Shown piece by piece: positions 1 through 9,642 of a stretch of 61,416 bases of DNA (position 1 is its first letter; the number at the start of each line of letters is the position of its first letter). Below the pieces are notes generated by a model. That model saw nothing but the letters and a program-made list of their open reading frames with translations. It did no database searches and was not told where the DNA came from. The stretch spans positions 1 through 61,416 of the IMG/VR virus record IMGVR_UViG_3300047509_000054; one strand, given 5' to 3'. The DNA comes from a virus. Its lineage: Duplodnaviria > Caudoviricetes. Both the position numbers and the translations under genes were made by a program.

Positions 1-127
1 GAGACCGGGAAGGAACATTTGTTACCATCAGACGCCGATCGCTATCCAAGTATAGTTGATTGCGCCGGTGGTTGCCGTCTGACCAAACGTAAAAGAGGAA
101 AGTGACGCAGGGACGGCGGTTGGCGGC
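1..127. repeat. Terminal direct repeat, copy 1 (circular assembly overlap)
   Basis: 1-127 is identical to 61290-61416; 127 is a common assembler k-mer length. Confidence 0.95.
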
Positions 128-1044
128 ACTTGGCAGTTGGATTGAGGGGTGATGACAATCGAAAAAAAAGCACTGACAAATGGCGTGGTCAGCCCGACCG
201 CACCAGTGACGGGTCCAGATTCCGTCACAGAACCCCATTGAATCGTCAATCCGCCTGGAAACTTGTAGAAGCCATTCGCAGTGAGCGTCTTGTTGCCGGC
301 GAATCCCGCCGCCGTGAGCGCCTGTGTTGCGTCGGTACCAACAAGCGTCGTAGCGGCCGAAGCGGCCGGAACGGTTACCGTTCCGGTGCTGGTGATCGGG
401 CCTCCCGTCGCGAGGCCTGCCGTTGCCACGCTGGTAACGGTGCCAACAGTCGCGCCAGCCGACGATCCAGAGAACAGGGAGAAGCCACCAAGACCGCCAT
501 TGAGCGCGCTGTTGTAGGCGATGACGTAGAATTGCCCGACGACGAAAGCGCCCGAACCCGCCTGTGTGTTGTTCGCCAAGTAGACGCCGCGAATCGGGAA
601 GCCGACAACTTGCGCCGTGACCGCGCCGGTCGACGTGGCGGCGGCGACGAACGAAAACTCCTGATAGTTGGAGTAGGCAAAAGGCTGCTGAATGCCGTTG
701 ATCGGCGTGAGGATCAGCAGATTGGTTCCGGTCTCCGTGCAGGAGATGACGTTCGACGACGAGCCATCGACGGAGATGCGCTCCCAATATCCGGAGCCGG
801 CGCCGACAGGTACGATAATGCTTGTGCCGTCGTCGGTGCCGATGACGTTGGGCACCCATGAGAACGAGCCCTGACCGCCGTCGCCTATGGCACTGATTCC
901 ACGGACATAGACTTGCACGCCCGGTGCGCCGATGAAGCCGCGCAACTGCCCAACCGTGTCACAGCCTTGCAGATAAGTATTGAGTTGGTCTGCAGAGACG
1001 CTCCCCTGACCCTGAATCGAAACGCTCAACTGCGGCGCGGTCAC
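28..1044 (-). CDS. Tail fibre / receptor-binding protein
   Basis: G/T/S-rich; C-terminal 'NGFYKFPGGLTIQWG...WIAIG' is typical of phage fibre tip domains; N-terminus paralogous to 1041-2036. Confidence 0.75.
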   Translation of the reverse strand: MTAPQLSVSIQGQGSVSADQLNTYLQGCDTVGQLRGFIGAPGVQVYVRGISAIGDGGQGSFSWVPNVIGTDDGTSIIVPVGAGSGYWERISVDGSSSNVISCTETGTNLLILTPINGIQQPFAYSNYQEFSFVAAATSTGAVTAQVVGFPIRGVYLANNTQAGSGAFVVGQFYVIAYNSALNGGLGGFSLFSGSSAGATVGTVTSVATAGLATGGPITSTGTVTVPAASAATTLVGTDATQALTAAGFAGNKTLTANGFYKFPGGLTIQWGSVTESGPVTGAVGLTTPFVSAFFSIVITPQSNCQVPPTAVPASLSSFTFGQTATTGAINYTWIAIGV

Positions 1045-2036
1045 GGGATCGTCTCGGTAATGGTAATGCTAGACGCCAGCGTTCCGCCGAACAATCCGCC
1101 TCCAATGTTGCCGTTAAACACCAGAGTGCCGGCCGCCGATGGCCCAGCCCGCACCTTAAAGGTCGTCGCAATCCCCGTATTGACGGCCATCTTGTGACGA
1201 AAATTCACGATGTTCATGCCGCCAGATGTAGCCTGAAATACCGCGCCAACCGCGAGTGCATTCGCGCCGGCATCCTGAAAGAGAGCAACGATCATATTGA
1301 GATTTGCAGCATTGACCACGCCGATGAACGTCACATCGATGAGCCATGTGTTGAGGGGGTTAATGGCGGTCAGCGTGAGCGACATGTACTGGTCACCCTC
1401 GTTCTGCTGCGGGATAGTATTGTCGAATGGGATAATGTTCGGCCCAGAGCCCACCGAACCCGTCTCGAAATTGACGATTTGCTGGACAGACCCGGAAAAC
1501 GCCGTGCGCAACTGATCGATGGTCGTTTTCTTCGCCGCGAACGCCGCCGCCGAATCGCCGATGACGACGAGGTCAGCACTTGTCGGGGATGCCTTCGCGA
1601 CGAGGTCGGATGGTGCCAACGCGATTGTCTGGGTGAACGTGCCGCTGTTGCCGATCAAGACGCCGCCGTTGAGCGCGTCTACAACGGGTCTGACGGCGGT
1701 CAATCTTTGCCAGATGCCGGTTGGTGCGCCGCCCGCTGGAACGATGACGTTGAGCCCGTCGTCCGGGCCGGTGCCGGTTGCGATCCAGGCGAAGTTGCCT
1801 TGCCCGCCGTCGTTGATGACGCTAGTGCCTCGGACAAAAACTTGGACGCCGGGCGCGCCGACGAAGGCTCGGAGTTGCGCGATGTTGTCGCATGTCTGTT
1901 GGTAGGTGTTCAAATTGTCGGCAGAGACGGAGCCCTGGCCGTTTAGTTGGACGGCTAATTGTGGTGCGGTCATAACTGGATTAGCCCCGCCGAAGGCGGA
2001 AACACCGAAGGCGAACTGCCCGAAGGCCCCGCTCAT
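1041..2036 (-). CDS. Tail fibre-like protein, paralog of 28-1044
   Basis: Shares the ~90-aa 'MTAPQL..GQGSVSAD.LNTY...DGGQG.F.W' module; different C-terminus. Confidence 0.7.
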   Translation of the reverse strand: MSGAFGQFAFGVSAFGGANPVMTAPQLAVQLNGQGSVSADNLNTYQQTCDNIAQLRAFVGAPGVQVFVRGTSVINDGGQGNFAWIATGTGPDDGLNVIVPAGGAPTGIWQRLTAVRPVVDALNGGVLIGNSGTFTQTIALAPSDLVAKASPTSADLVVIGDSAAAFAAKKTTIDQLRTAFSGSVQQIVNFETGSVGSGPNIIPFDNTIPQQNEGDQYMSLTLTAINPLNTWLIDVTFIGVVNAANLNMIVALFQDAGANALAVGAVFQATSGGMNIVNFRHKMAVNTGIATTFKVRAGPSAAGTLVFNGNIGGGLFGGTLASSITITETIP

Positions 2037-2233
2037 TCACGCCACTTCCCTGTCGCTGTCGAAGTACGGCTTGGTGCGGCTGATCCCGATGATCTGCGTC
2101 GGCTGGATGAGGTGGCTCGGAAGTTCGACCTGGACCGTCTCGCCCCGGCAGGTGAACCGCGACGCGATGAAAACCCGGTCGTCGCGCACGAAGGGACGGC
2201 TGGTCTCCACCTCCCCGTCAGGCATCAACCGCC

Positions 2234-2617
2234 TCACGCGGCGCGCCCCCGATCCGGCCACGCGAGCCAGATCAGCGGGATCACCGTGAGGCAGCAGTAC
2301 GCGGCGAGGACCGCGAGGCCGATGTTCGACTGCCACGACATCGCGAGGAGAGCCAGCACGAACGCGCCGATCAGCGCGAGCAGCAGTTGCAGCCGAACGG
2401 CGAGAATCTTGGCGATTGCGGTGAAGACGGCGATGAGCGCGGAGGGCGTCGGCGGCGGCCTACTCGTCGTCTGAGGCTCCGCCGAAGGTTGGCTCGTCGG
2501 CTCGATGGAGGATGGCGGGGGTTCCGCCACGACCGTTCTCGGCCTTGGCTCGGCGGGTCTGACGGATAGTCTCTCCACGGAGCTGGTGGACAAATCCGTC
2601 AAGGGCATTTTCGTCAT
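2234..2617 (-). CDS. Small membrane protein (start uncertain)
   Basis: Hydrophobic C-terminal helices; overlaps the 3' end of 2460-2849 in another frame. Confidence 0.5.
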   Translation of the reverse strand: MTKMPLTDLSTSSVERLSVRPAEPRPRTVVAEPPPSSIEPTSQPSAEPQTTSRPPPTPSALIAVFTAIAKILAVRLQLLLALIGAFVLALLAMSWQSNIGLAVLAAYCCLTVIPLIWLAWPDRGRAA

Positions 2618-2849
2618 CCTCCGGGAAGAGGCGATGTTTGAGCGCGACGAAGTTGTTGATCGAACTCAGCAGTTTCAGTTGGTCGCTCATGGCGATCGGC
2701 GGCGCGTCGTCTACGGGAGTCCCGGAACCCTCAGACGTGCCGATGTCATTGGTTATAGACGGAAACGCTTTGTCCAACAAGGTTCCGTAGGCTCGCTCGA
2801 CCTTGTCCATGAGGGTCGGCGGCGGCGGGGTGCGCGAGCGTCCGGCCAT
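2460..2849 (-). CDS. Hypothetical protein, late operon
   Basis: ORF co-oriented with virion genes; GAGG-like motif upstream on the minus strand not clearly resolved. Confidence 0.55.
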   Translation of the reverse strand: MAGRSRTPPPPTLMDKVERAYGTLLDKAFPSITNDIGTSEGSGTPVDDAPPIAMSDQLKLLSSINNFVALKHRLFPEDDENALDGFVHQLRGETIRQTRRAKAENGRGGTPAILHRADEPTFGGASDDE

Positions 2850-2868
2850 CAGAGGACTATTTTATGGG

Positions 2869-2897
2869 TTGGCATTACTTCATGCGCTCGCTAAAGT
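2869..2897 (+). promoter_or_regulatory. sigma70-like promoter of element copy 1
   Basis: TTGGCA-N17-TAAAGT directly before the first hairpin. Confidence 0.6.
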
Positions 2898-2900
2898 GGC

Positions 2901-3298
2901 GAGGCCGGCGAGGGCGTCAACCCTCCTCCGGCCTCTGATCAAGTCCGGTAGCCGCCGGGACGAGATCAACTTCTCCCCAATCTAGGGTCGCAGGCGGCTT
3001 AGGTCAATCCGAGAGGGTTGGCACCGCAGGCATTCGGGATCTATCGACGGTCGGTCTGCGGCGTAAATGGTGGGAGACGGGCCTGGCAAACCACCATCGC
3101 CGGCCGAACGGTCCGGGCGAGCCAGACGGGGAAACCTACGAAGTGCGGGCCGGTGGTCTAAGCGTGGGCTCGTCTCAAGGGGCAAGTCTTAAAGTCGCTT
3201 GGAGGCCATAGGCGCCACTCGAACGCGCGCAACAAAATTGCGTGCCGACGGGTAGGCGGCCTGTGGCCATCACGCGGGTCTGAACTCAGGGGCAAGTC
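2901..3298 (+). ncRNA. Putative ~400-nt structured RNA, copy 1 (family unknown)
   Basis: Homologous to 10117-10510 (-) with compensatory changes and frame-breaking indels; multiple stems, GAGA and GAAA tetraloops. Confidence 0.75.
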
Positions 3299-3319
3299 GT
3301 TAGAAAGAGAAGATTAGAG

Positions 3320-3562
3320 ATGAGCAGACGACATCGAAGCATCAGAATCGTCGGTGGCCTGAACTGTCCTCATTGTGGAAAAACGATGCAACGCTTCGAG
3401 CACAGCAAATCGTGGGTTCCTCGTCCTGGTCGATATTATTTTCGCTGGTGGGACCGTTGCTTTCGGTGCCAGCATCTCCAGCACTATGAGAGCGCGAAAG
3501 TTTCTGTGCTGACGGAAGCCGATATGGACATACTTGACTTCGCACGCTCGCAAGGGTTGTAG
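3320..3562 (+). CDS. Small zinc-finger-like protein (cargo of copy 1)
   Basis: CPHC...CFRC; purine-rich RBS; antisense to the surrounding late operon. Confidence 0.7.
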   Translation: MSRRHRSIRIVGGLNCPHCGKTMQRFEHSKSWVPRPGRYYFRWWDRCFRCQHLQHYESAKVSVLTEADMDILDFARSQGL

Positions 3563-3563
3563 G

Positions 3564-4949
3564 TTACTCAGCCGCAATCTCCGCGCGCCCGACCGCCTCG
3601 TCCACGCTCGCCTCGAATGTGTGCCCGCCAGTGTGCTTCAGCTTGACGGACGGCAGCATGAATATCTCGCCGCCTAGCGCCTTCCATCGGTGGCAGAACG
3701 CGAAGTCCTCGGCCTTGCGTCGCTGATTGACGATCATCGGGGCGAACACGTCGTGCTCGGTCTGTCCCGTTTCCGACATGAACACGAGGTCTGGATATCC
3801 CGCCGCCATCCGCTCGGCGCAGGATCGAGAAATCATCGCGAAGGCCATGCCGATCTCGGAGACCAGCCAAAGCTCCGTTTCGCCTTCCACGATGACGACG
3901 TGCGAGCGTTCGAGGTTGAAGGCGAAGTTGATGGGGTACTGCTTCTTAGGGCCGGCTGCGGCGACGAAGTCTCGTTTGAGCATGGCGAGGCGGATCACGT
4001 CGATGGCTGACCAGCCCATGTCGGCGTCGATCGCCATCATGTGGGTGTGCGGCGATCTGAGGAACGCGCCGAGGAGTTTCGCCCGCGCGAGGCTGATATC
4101 GGCGCAGTAGGGCAACTCGCCGAAATCGACCCGCCCGCCGCACTGCCTGATCATGTTCGTGGTGTTCTCGAACGAGCGCATGAAGTGGCGGTCGTAGGTG
4201 CCGTCTCCGGTCGGCGTCGCGATGTAGATCGACATGCCGTCGAGGCGGGGCCGGATGACGTTGCCGCCGTGGCGCTCGGCGAGGTCCATGATGGCGTCGC
4301 AGGCGACCCGCTTCTCCTCGGCCATCCATCCCCGGAACCGCTTCTCGTCGCCGTCCCAGAAGCGCCCGATATGCGCGGTCGTGGCGTCCGACTTGCCCTG
4401 CCGGAAGGCGTGCATGTGGGCGACGGTCACGTCCATCCGAACCGTCCAGCAGTTCGTCGCGTTGCCGAGTTGCTCCCAGATGTCATCGACGAAGAAGTGC
4501 TTGAAGCCGGGCGGGTAGATGCCGCCGAGGGTTCTGAGGAGGTCGCCGGACCAGACGATTGCGCCGTGGATGCGCTTGGGGGCCTGCCAGTCGTCGTTTG
4601 AGGAGACGACGTTCCATCCGGCGACGCTCTCGATGAGTTTGGTGTCCCAATTCGGCGTCTTCGGCACATGGTCGTCGCAGAGGCCGCCGATCCAGTCGAG
4701 GTTCTGGCATGCCGCCTGCCATGCCCCGTTCATCGCCTCGACGACGCTGCCGGCCTCGATGGTGAGGAATGACCAGTTGTCCGGCATCTCGTCGGCAAGG
4801 GCGAGATAGTGCGCCTTTTCCTCTTCCCACTCGTCGAAGTTGACGACGACCCGCCCCGGCGTGCTCATGCCTGTCGCCTTCGCGGCGGCGAAGAAGCGCT
4901 TGAGCGAGGGGATGCGGCGCTTCGAGGGGAGGAGCCAAAGTCCGTTCAT
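3564..4949 (-). CDS. Two-domain GT-A-fold glycosyltransferase
   Basis: N-domain 'GGLCDDHVP...HFFVDDIW...HMH'; C-domain 'HMMAIDADMGW...AEDFAFC.RW...H.G' typical of phage GT2-like enzymes. Confidence 0.75.
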   Translation of the reverse strand: MNGLWLLPSKRRIPSLKRFFAAAKATGMSTPGRVVVNFDEWEEEKAHYLALADEMPDNWSFLTIEAGSVVEAMNGAWQAACQNLDWIGGLCDDHVPKTPNWDTKLIESVAGWNVVSSNDDWQAPKRIHGAIVWSGDLLRTLGGIYPPGFKHFFVDDIWEQLGNATNCWTVRMDVTVAHMHAFRQGKSDATTAHIGRFWDGDEKRFRGWMAEEKRVACDAIMDLAERHGGNVIRPRLDGMSIYIATPTGDGTYDRHFMRSFENTTNMIRQCGGRVDFGELPYCADISLARAKLLGAFLRSPHTHMMAIDADMGWSAIDVIRLAMLKRDFVAAAGPKKQYPINFAFNLERSHVVIVEGETELWLVSEIGMAFAMISRSCAERMAAGYPDLVFMSETGQTEHDVFAPMIVNQRRKAEDFAFCHRWKALGGEIFMLPSVKLKHTGGHTFEASVDEAVGRAEIAAE

Positions 4950-7900
4950 CAGAATGGAGATCCCTCATTGATTCCGAGTTGGCTGGCGGCGGTCGGCGGG
5001 CCGATCAGAGGTGGCGGCGCGGGCGATGGCTGCGAGGCGATCTTGCGCGTGCCGGTTGTCTGTCGCGGTCGCGGACGGTGCGGTTCCTGTGACGATCCAC
5101 CGCTGCCGACGCTCGCCCCAATGCCCGCGCCTGTGACACCGCCCACGTCAGACATCAGTTTGCGAAATGCCTCTCTAGCGGCATCGCGCTGCGGGCCGGT
5201 GCCGTTGAGGCCAGTGATGAGCCACCGCTGAAATGCAGGATTGGCTTGGAGGTTGGTGATGACCTTGTAGTATCCGCCGAGGATGGCACGCCCGGCGACA
5301 TCGCTTCCCGGCACCGCCTTGGCTACCTGCCCGACGAATTTTCCGGTGATTGAGGACCACGGGTGCTCGACCTTGGCGACCGCCGCGATGGATTTGGCGG
5401 TGTTCGCCCCGGCTCGCGTTCCCATCAGGAAATCCATTTCCTTCGCGAGCGTCTGCATCGCATCGAGTGAGACGCCGGGCATCATCATCTGCTGGATCTC
5501 GGGCGAGACGGATGCGAGTCGCCTGCCGGGGTCGAGCGTGCCTTCGAGTATGCGCTGCGTCCACAACTGTCGGAGGAGTTTAAACTCGTTTGAGTTCTCG
5601 CCGAATTTCTTAGCGGCGGCGATGATTAGATCCTCGCTGCCGAGAATGTGGTTTGCCGCTTCGTCTGCGCCGGTGGTGGGTTTGTAGAGGAACGCGAGAG
5701 GATCGGCGCGCCGCTCGGCGGCGAGTTTTCCCTTGGCGATTTTCCCCTCGTGATCGATCGCCTTCATTTCCCGCGCGAACGTTCCGAGTGGATCTTGCTT
5801 GGCGACGAGTTTGATGGCGTCAGCGGCTTCATTTGCCCGCTGGATCACCGTCGTCAGCGTGTCGCCGGGCCTCACGGTCACCGGCAACCTTCCGCCGAGC
5901 ATTTCGATGTTCTGCGCCTGCCGCAGCAACTTGTCGGCGGTCTCCTTGCCGTGAACCGATTCGAGCATCCCGCTGCGCGTGCGGTCGAGCACCTGCCGGG
6001 AGAAGGTTCGTCCGTCAATCTCGCCTGGGATCAGCGTCTTTGCGGCATCAAGCATCTCCTGCACGTCCGCTGCCTTGACGCCGGCCCAGAGGTTGGGACC
6101 GACGAGATCGCGCACCTTGTTGGTGAGTTCCGTGCGGCCTTCCTTGACGACGGTATTGTAGAGGATGTTGGCGTCGGCAGGCATGCCAGATTCGAGGCCG
6201 TTGACGACCGCCTGGATGTTCTTGTCCTTGAACGCCCTGATATTCTCCTTGTAGTAGGCATCTGCCTCGTCGAGCATTTCCGCCGCCGCTTTCAATTCAG
6301 GAACGGCCCCTGCGTCGTGGAGAACGCCGTCGACCTTGCCGGCGAAATGCTTGTAGACGCCATCGCGGACATCGGGCGTGAGGTCGTGGTAATCGACGTT
6401 GCTGCGGAAATCGGTGCGCAGTCGCCGCAGTTGTCCGAAGGTCGGATTTTCGGGCGGTCGAATGACCTTACCCTCTGCGTCCACCTCTCCCGCGAGATCA
6501 CGAAGTTTCTTGACGATGTTCGGATACTTGTCCTGGAACGTCTTGGGCAACTGGTCGAGGAACGTCTGTGCATACTCGACAAGATCGCCGGTGTTGGGCA
6601 GATGTGTTCCGGCCATCTCGTCGGCGCGGTCGTACATGCGCGTGGCATTGACACCGATGGCGCGGCGGATCGACATCAACTTGTTGCCGACCATCTCCCA
6701 GAGATCGCCGCCGCCCTGTCCCGCTTTCGTCGCCTTCATCGCGGCATCGACATCGGCCTTAATATCGGTGAATCCCGCGTCGATCGCCGCCTGTGCCGTC
6801 TTGCGATTTTCCGCTTCGGCGGTTTTGAGCGCGGCAAGATTTGCCTCGTGCTCGGCAACATTTGCCGCACCGCCTTGGCTTGCCGTCAACTTCGCACGGT
6901 CGAGCGCGTTGCGCAGAGCGGCGTCCTTTTCAGCAACCTCGCTCGCGATTTTCGCCTTCACCGCTTCTCCCGCCTTCAACGTCGAAGGAGCGGCGGACGG
7001 CTCGACCACGCTGCCCTCGTGCGTCATGCCTTGCGTCGCTAGGAGTTTCTTCGCCTCGTCCTCGTAATAGGCGGTCGCCGACTTGACGAGCGGCTTTTGC
7101 GTGCGGAAGGCCGGATCAAACACTTCGACGATGTTGCGCAGATGTGGCGATTCCTCGGCCCATGTCGGCGGCGTCAGCACGCCTTTGTCGGCGAGGCTGG
7201 ACGACAATCGAAGTTTGTCGGGGTCGGTGCCAAGGAAGGCGTTGAATCGCCCTGGGAGCGCCGCTTTGCCCTGCACGACAAGATCCTTCGCGAGACGTGC
7301 GCCGCCGACGACAAGACGCCCCGCACCCTCGCCGACCGCGCCGCCTGCTGCGGCTGTTCCGAGGGTTCCCGCCTCCTCGCCGATCGAGCGGTCATAGACG
7401 CCCGTCAACCCGAGAATGATGTCGTTGAAACCCTGCCCGATTGCCGCCCCGCCGCCAGCGCCAGCGATGCCGCCGACGATCGTTCCTCCACCGGGGACGA
7501 GAGATCCAACCGCGCCGCCGCCGACCGCGCCAGCGACTGCGCCAGCGACCGGAACGGCTTCTGACGCCACGAACGCCGCGCCGCGCTTGGCGATATTGCC
7601 ATGTCCCGGCTTGAGCCGCCTGCCGTCGCCAGCATCGACGTAGAATCCGCCAAATTCGTCCTGCTTGACGGCATCATCGCCGTAGGATCGCACCAGAACG
7701 TTCCGGCGCTCCTTGTCGTTGACGGCCATGTCGTAAAGCGTCTGAGCCGTGAGGTCGATGCCATCGAAAATCGGCTTCTGGCGCTTTTTCCCTGAAGGAT
7801 CGACATAGGTCTCCCCCTCTGGTACAGCCGCGTAACTCGCAGCGTCCGAAACGGCGTGGGGTTTCTGCCGTGTCTTGCCTTCTGGATCGACGTATTTGAA

Positions 7901-8035
7901 TCCCGGTTCGAGCGCTGCGTATTCCTCCGCCGTCTTCACCTCGCGCGTCGTTTTGAGAGGCTTGTCCGGGTCGAGCGCGGGTGTCCCCGTCGCCGGCAGC
8001 TTCGGCAAATCGGGACGGTCGATATCGGTCGCCAT
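4949..8035 (-). CDS. Large internal virion / DNA ejection protein (putative)
   Basis: 1028 aa, helical, Gly/Ala-rich hydrophobic patch, podovirus-like position. Confidence 0.6.
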   Translation of the reverse strand: MATDIDRPDLPKLPATGTPALDPDKPLKTTREVKTAEEYAALEPGFKYVDPEGKTRQKPHAVSDAASYAAVPEGETYVDPSGKKRQKPIFDGIDLTAQTLYDMAVNDKERRNVLVRSYGDDAVKQDEFGGFYVDAGDGRRLKPGHGNIAKRGAAFVASEAVPVAGAVAGAVGGGAVGSLVPGGGTIVGGIAGAGGGAAIGQGFNDIILGLTGVYDRSIGEEAGTLGTAAAGGAVGEGAGRLVVGGARLAKDLVVQGKAALPGRFNAFLGTDPDKLRLSSSLADKGVLTPPTWAEESPHLRNIVEVFDPAFRTQKPLVKSATAYYEDEAKKLLATQGMTHEGSVVEPSAAPSTLKAGEAVKAKIASEVAEKDAALRNALDRAKLTASQGGAANVAEHEANLAALKTAEAENRKTAQAAIDAGFTDIKADVDAAMKATKAGQGGGDLWEMVGNKLMSIRRAIGVNATRMYDRADEMAGTHLPNTGDLVEYAQTFLDQLPKTFQDKYPNIVKKLRDLAGEVDAEGKVIRPPENPTFGQLRRLRTDFRSNVDYHDLTPDVRDGVYKHFAGKVDGVLHDAGAVPELKAAAEMLDEADAYYKENIRAFKDKNIQAVVNGLESGMPADANILYNTVVKEGRTELTNKVRDLVGPNLWAGVKAADVQEMLDAAKTLIPGEIDGRTFSRQVLDRTRSGMLESVHGKETADKLLRQAQNIEMLGGRLPVTVRPGDTLTTVIQRANEAADAIKLVAKQDPLGTFAREMKAIDHEGKIAKGKLAAERRADPLAFLYKPTTGADEAANHILGSEDLIIAAAKKFGENSNEFKLLRQLWTQRILEGTLDPGRRLASVSPEIQQMMMPGVSLDAMQTLAKEMDFLMGTRAGANTAKSIAAVAKVEHPWSSITGKFVGQVAKAVPGSDVAGRAILGGYYKVITNLQANPAFQRWLITGLNGTGPQRDAAREAFRKLMSDVGGVTGAGIGASVGSGGSSQEPHRPRPRQTTGTRKIASQPSPAPPPLIGPPTAASQLGINEGSPF

Positions 8036-9642
8036 TACTGGACCTCGGGATCGCTAGACCACGGCGTTGCGCTTGGCGCAGAACGCGCACCGGCACCGCC
8101 AGCCGCGCTTGGCGACCCTTCGCCGGCATCGCGCTCGCCGCGCGGACGCCATTGCCCTTTCAACTGCAACAGCGTGTCTTGCTGCATTTTCTCGTACAGT
8201 TTTCGCACCTCTTCGAGAGAGCGCATGGTATTAGCCGTGGTGTCGCCCATGTTGAGCCCGCCGATGATCTCGGTGATCTTCTCCGCGTCGGCATGGAGCG
8301 GCCGGGACGACGCATCGGTCAGCAGGCGCGACGCCATCAACTGCAGATAGTCGATATTGCGCATGAACTGCACGCGCTCGGTCGTGTCGCTGCCGAGGAC
8401 GTTGCCGATGCGTTCGCCCAGTCTGGTGACCTTGCCGCCGACGCCGGCAGCGCCGACCAGATTATCGAGCACGGCCGTCGTCTCGCCGATCTTGTCGAGG
8501 CTGTCGTCGAACTGATCGACGCGCGTCTGCAACTTCTCCTGCGCATTGCCGGTGAGGAGACTCTTGCCGTATGCGTTGGCAATCGCCCGGTCCTTCTCGG
8601 TAGCCGTCGCCTTGCGCCCTGTCTTGGCCTCGATCTCGGCGATTTCCTGTTGAATGGCGTCGGCGCGTATCGCCGCGATCGAACCGCTTGACGCACCCGA
8701 TCGCGCCGTCGCTTTGACCGCGCCGGTCGGCGTGTAGGGCTGTCCGGCCAGATCCGTCGTCGCGCCGGTCTTGTCGTTCATCCGATACTGCTTCGCTGGC
8801 ACCGTCCGGCCATCGGCCCCAACGCGCTCCGGATCGGTGAAAATCTCCCACTTGCCGGTGTTTCCAGTGGTGCTCTCCGGCGTCCCCGACAGCACGCGAT
8901 TCATCTTGTTTATCCGCTCCTCCGGCGTCATCGGATTGGGCGTTTTCGCGCGGTCGGCCTGCTCCTTGTCGATCGCCAAGATACCAGCCTGTTTGGTGTG
9001 CAATTCTAGGAGTTTCAGACTGATCTCGGGCAACTTGCCGGCTTGAATCCGCATGTCGTTCTCGTACTTCGCGATGCCGTCAAGCCCCTGCGTCACGAGG
9101 ATTTGGTTCGCGGTGTGATTCTGGAAAACCGCCGTGAGATTCCTGACCTCGGCGTAGGTTCCGGCCCGATCGGTGTCGATCTTGGAGAGCGCCGCGCGAT
9201 AGGCGTCCAACTCGAAATGCGCGAGTTTCACCGCGTTTTCGGTGTTGATCTTCCACTCGTCGAACGCGGTCTGCGCGGCAGCGGCGTCCTTGCGCTTGTA
9301 GGCGTCGAGCACGCCAGCCGCCGCGTTGAGCGAGGCTGTGAGAGGCCGCCGCGTCAGCAAGCCTCCGAGCGACGCAAGCACGCCCGCCGACGAGCCGAAC
9401 GCCTCAAGCGGGCTGGTCTGAGGCGGCGCGGTCCACTTTTCGAGCTTGGGCGGCGTCAGGACGTTGGGATCGAGCTTCGCTTCCTCGGCGTCGATCTTCG
9501 CGGCCTTCTCCTTCGCGCGCTCGGTCGCGGCCTTCATCTCCACGTCCGACTCTTGGATGTACTTCTCGTTGGCGAGGAGGTTCGAGCGCAGCGCCGCGCC
9601 GATGCCGCCGCGTTTGGGATCGATCGCGTCGAGGAAACTCAT
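8035..9642 (-). CDS. Internal virion / ejection protein (putative)
   Basis: 535 aa, helical, Ala/Lys-rich, translationally coupled to 4949-8035. Confidence 0.55.
   Translation of the reverse strand: MSFLDAIDPKRGGIGAALRSNLLANEKYIQESDVEMKAATERAKEKAAKIDAEEAKLDPNVLTPPKLEKWTAPPQTSPLEAFGSSAGVLASLGGLLTRRPLTASLNAAAGVLDAYKRKDAAAAQTAFDEWKINTENAVKLAHFELDAYRAALSKIDTDRAGTYAEVRNLTAVFQNHTANQILVTQGLDGIAKYENDMRIQAGKLPEISLKLLELHTKQAGILAIDKEQADRAKTPNPMTPEERINKMNRVLSGTPESTTGNTGKWEIFTDPERVGADGRTVPAKQYRMNDKTGATTDLAGQPYTPTGAVKATARSGASSGSIAAIRADAIQQEIAEIEAKTGRKATATEKDRAIANAYGKSLLTGNAQEKLQTRVDQFDDSLDKIGETTAVLDNLVGAAGVGGKVTRLGERIGNVLGSDTTERVQFMRNIDYLQLMASRLLTDASSRPLHADAEKITEIIGGLNMGDTTANTMRSLEEVRKLYEKMQQDTLLQLKGQWRPRGERDAGEGSPSAAGGAGARSAPSATPWSSDPEVQ

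Noticed and set aside
1-127. Biological terminal repeat
   Set aside because: Exactly 127 bp and falls across the end of a tail gene, which fits an assembler overlap of a circular contig better than real termini.
2982-3185. ORFs across the twin element (also 10070-10333, 10141-10368, 10200-10394)
   Set aside because: Indels between the copies break the frames while pairing is preserved.
2901-3298. Twin element as RNase P RNA
   Set aside because: AAGTCCGG, GGGGAAACCTACG and GGGTAGGC recall RNase P segments, but the GAGGAAAGTCC and ACAGAA..CGGCTTA conserved regions that form P4 are absent.
5648-7042. Long antisense ORFs (also 10489-11709, 17174-18460, 27407-28420 and others)
   Set aside because: They shadow well-supported genes on the other strand, as expected in high-GC DNA.
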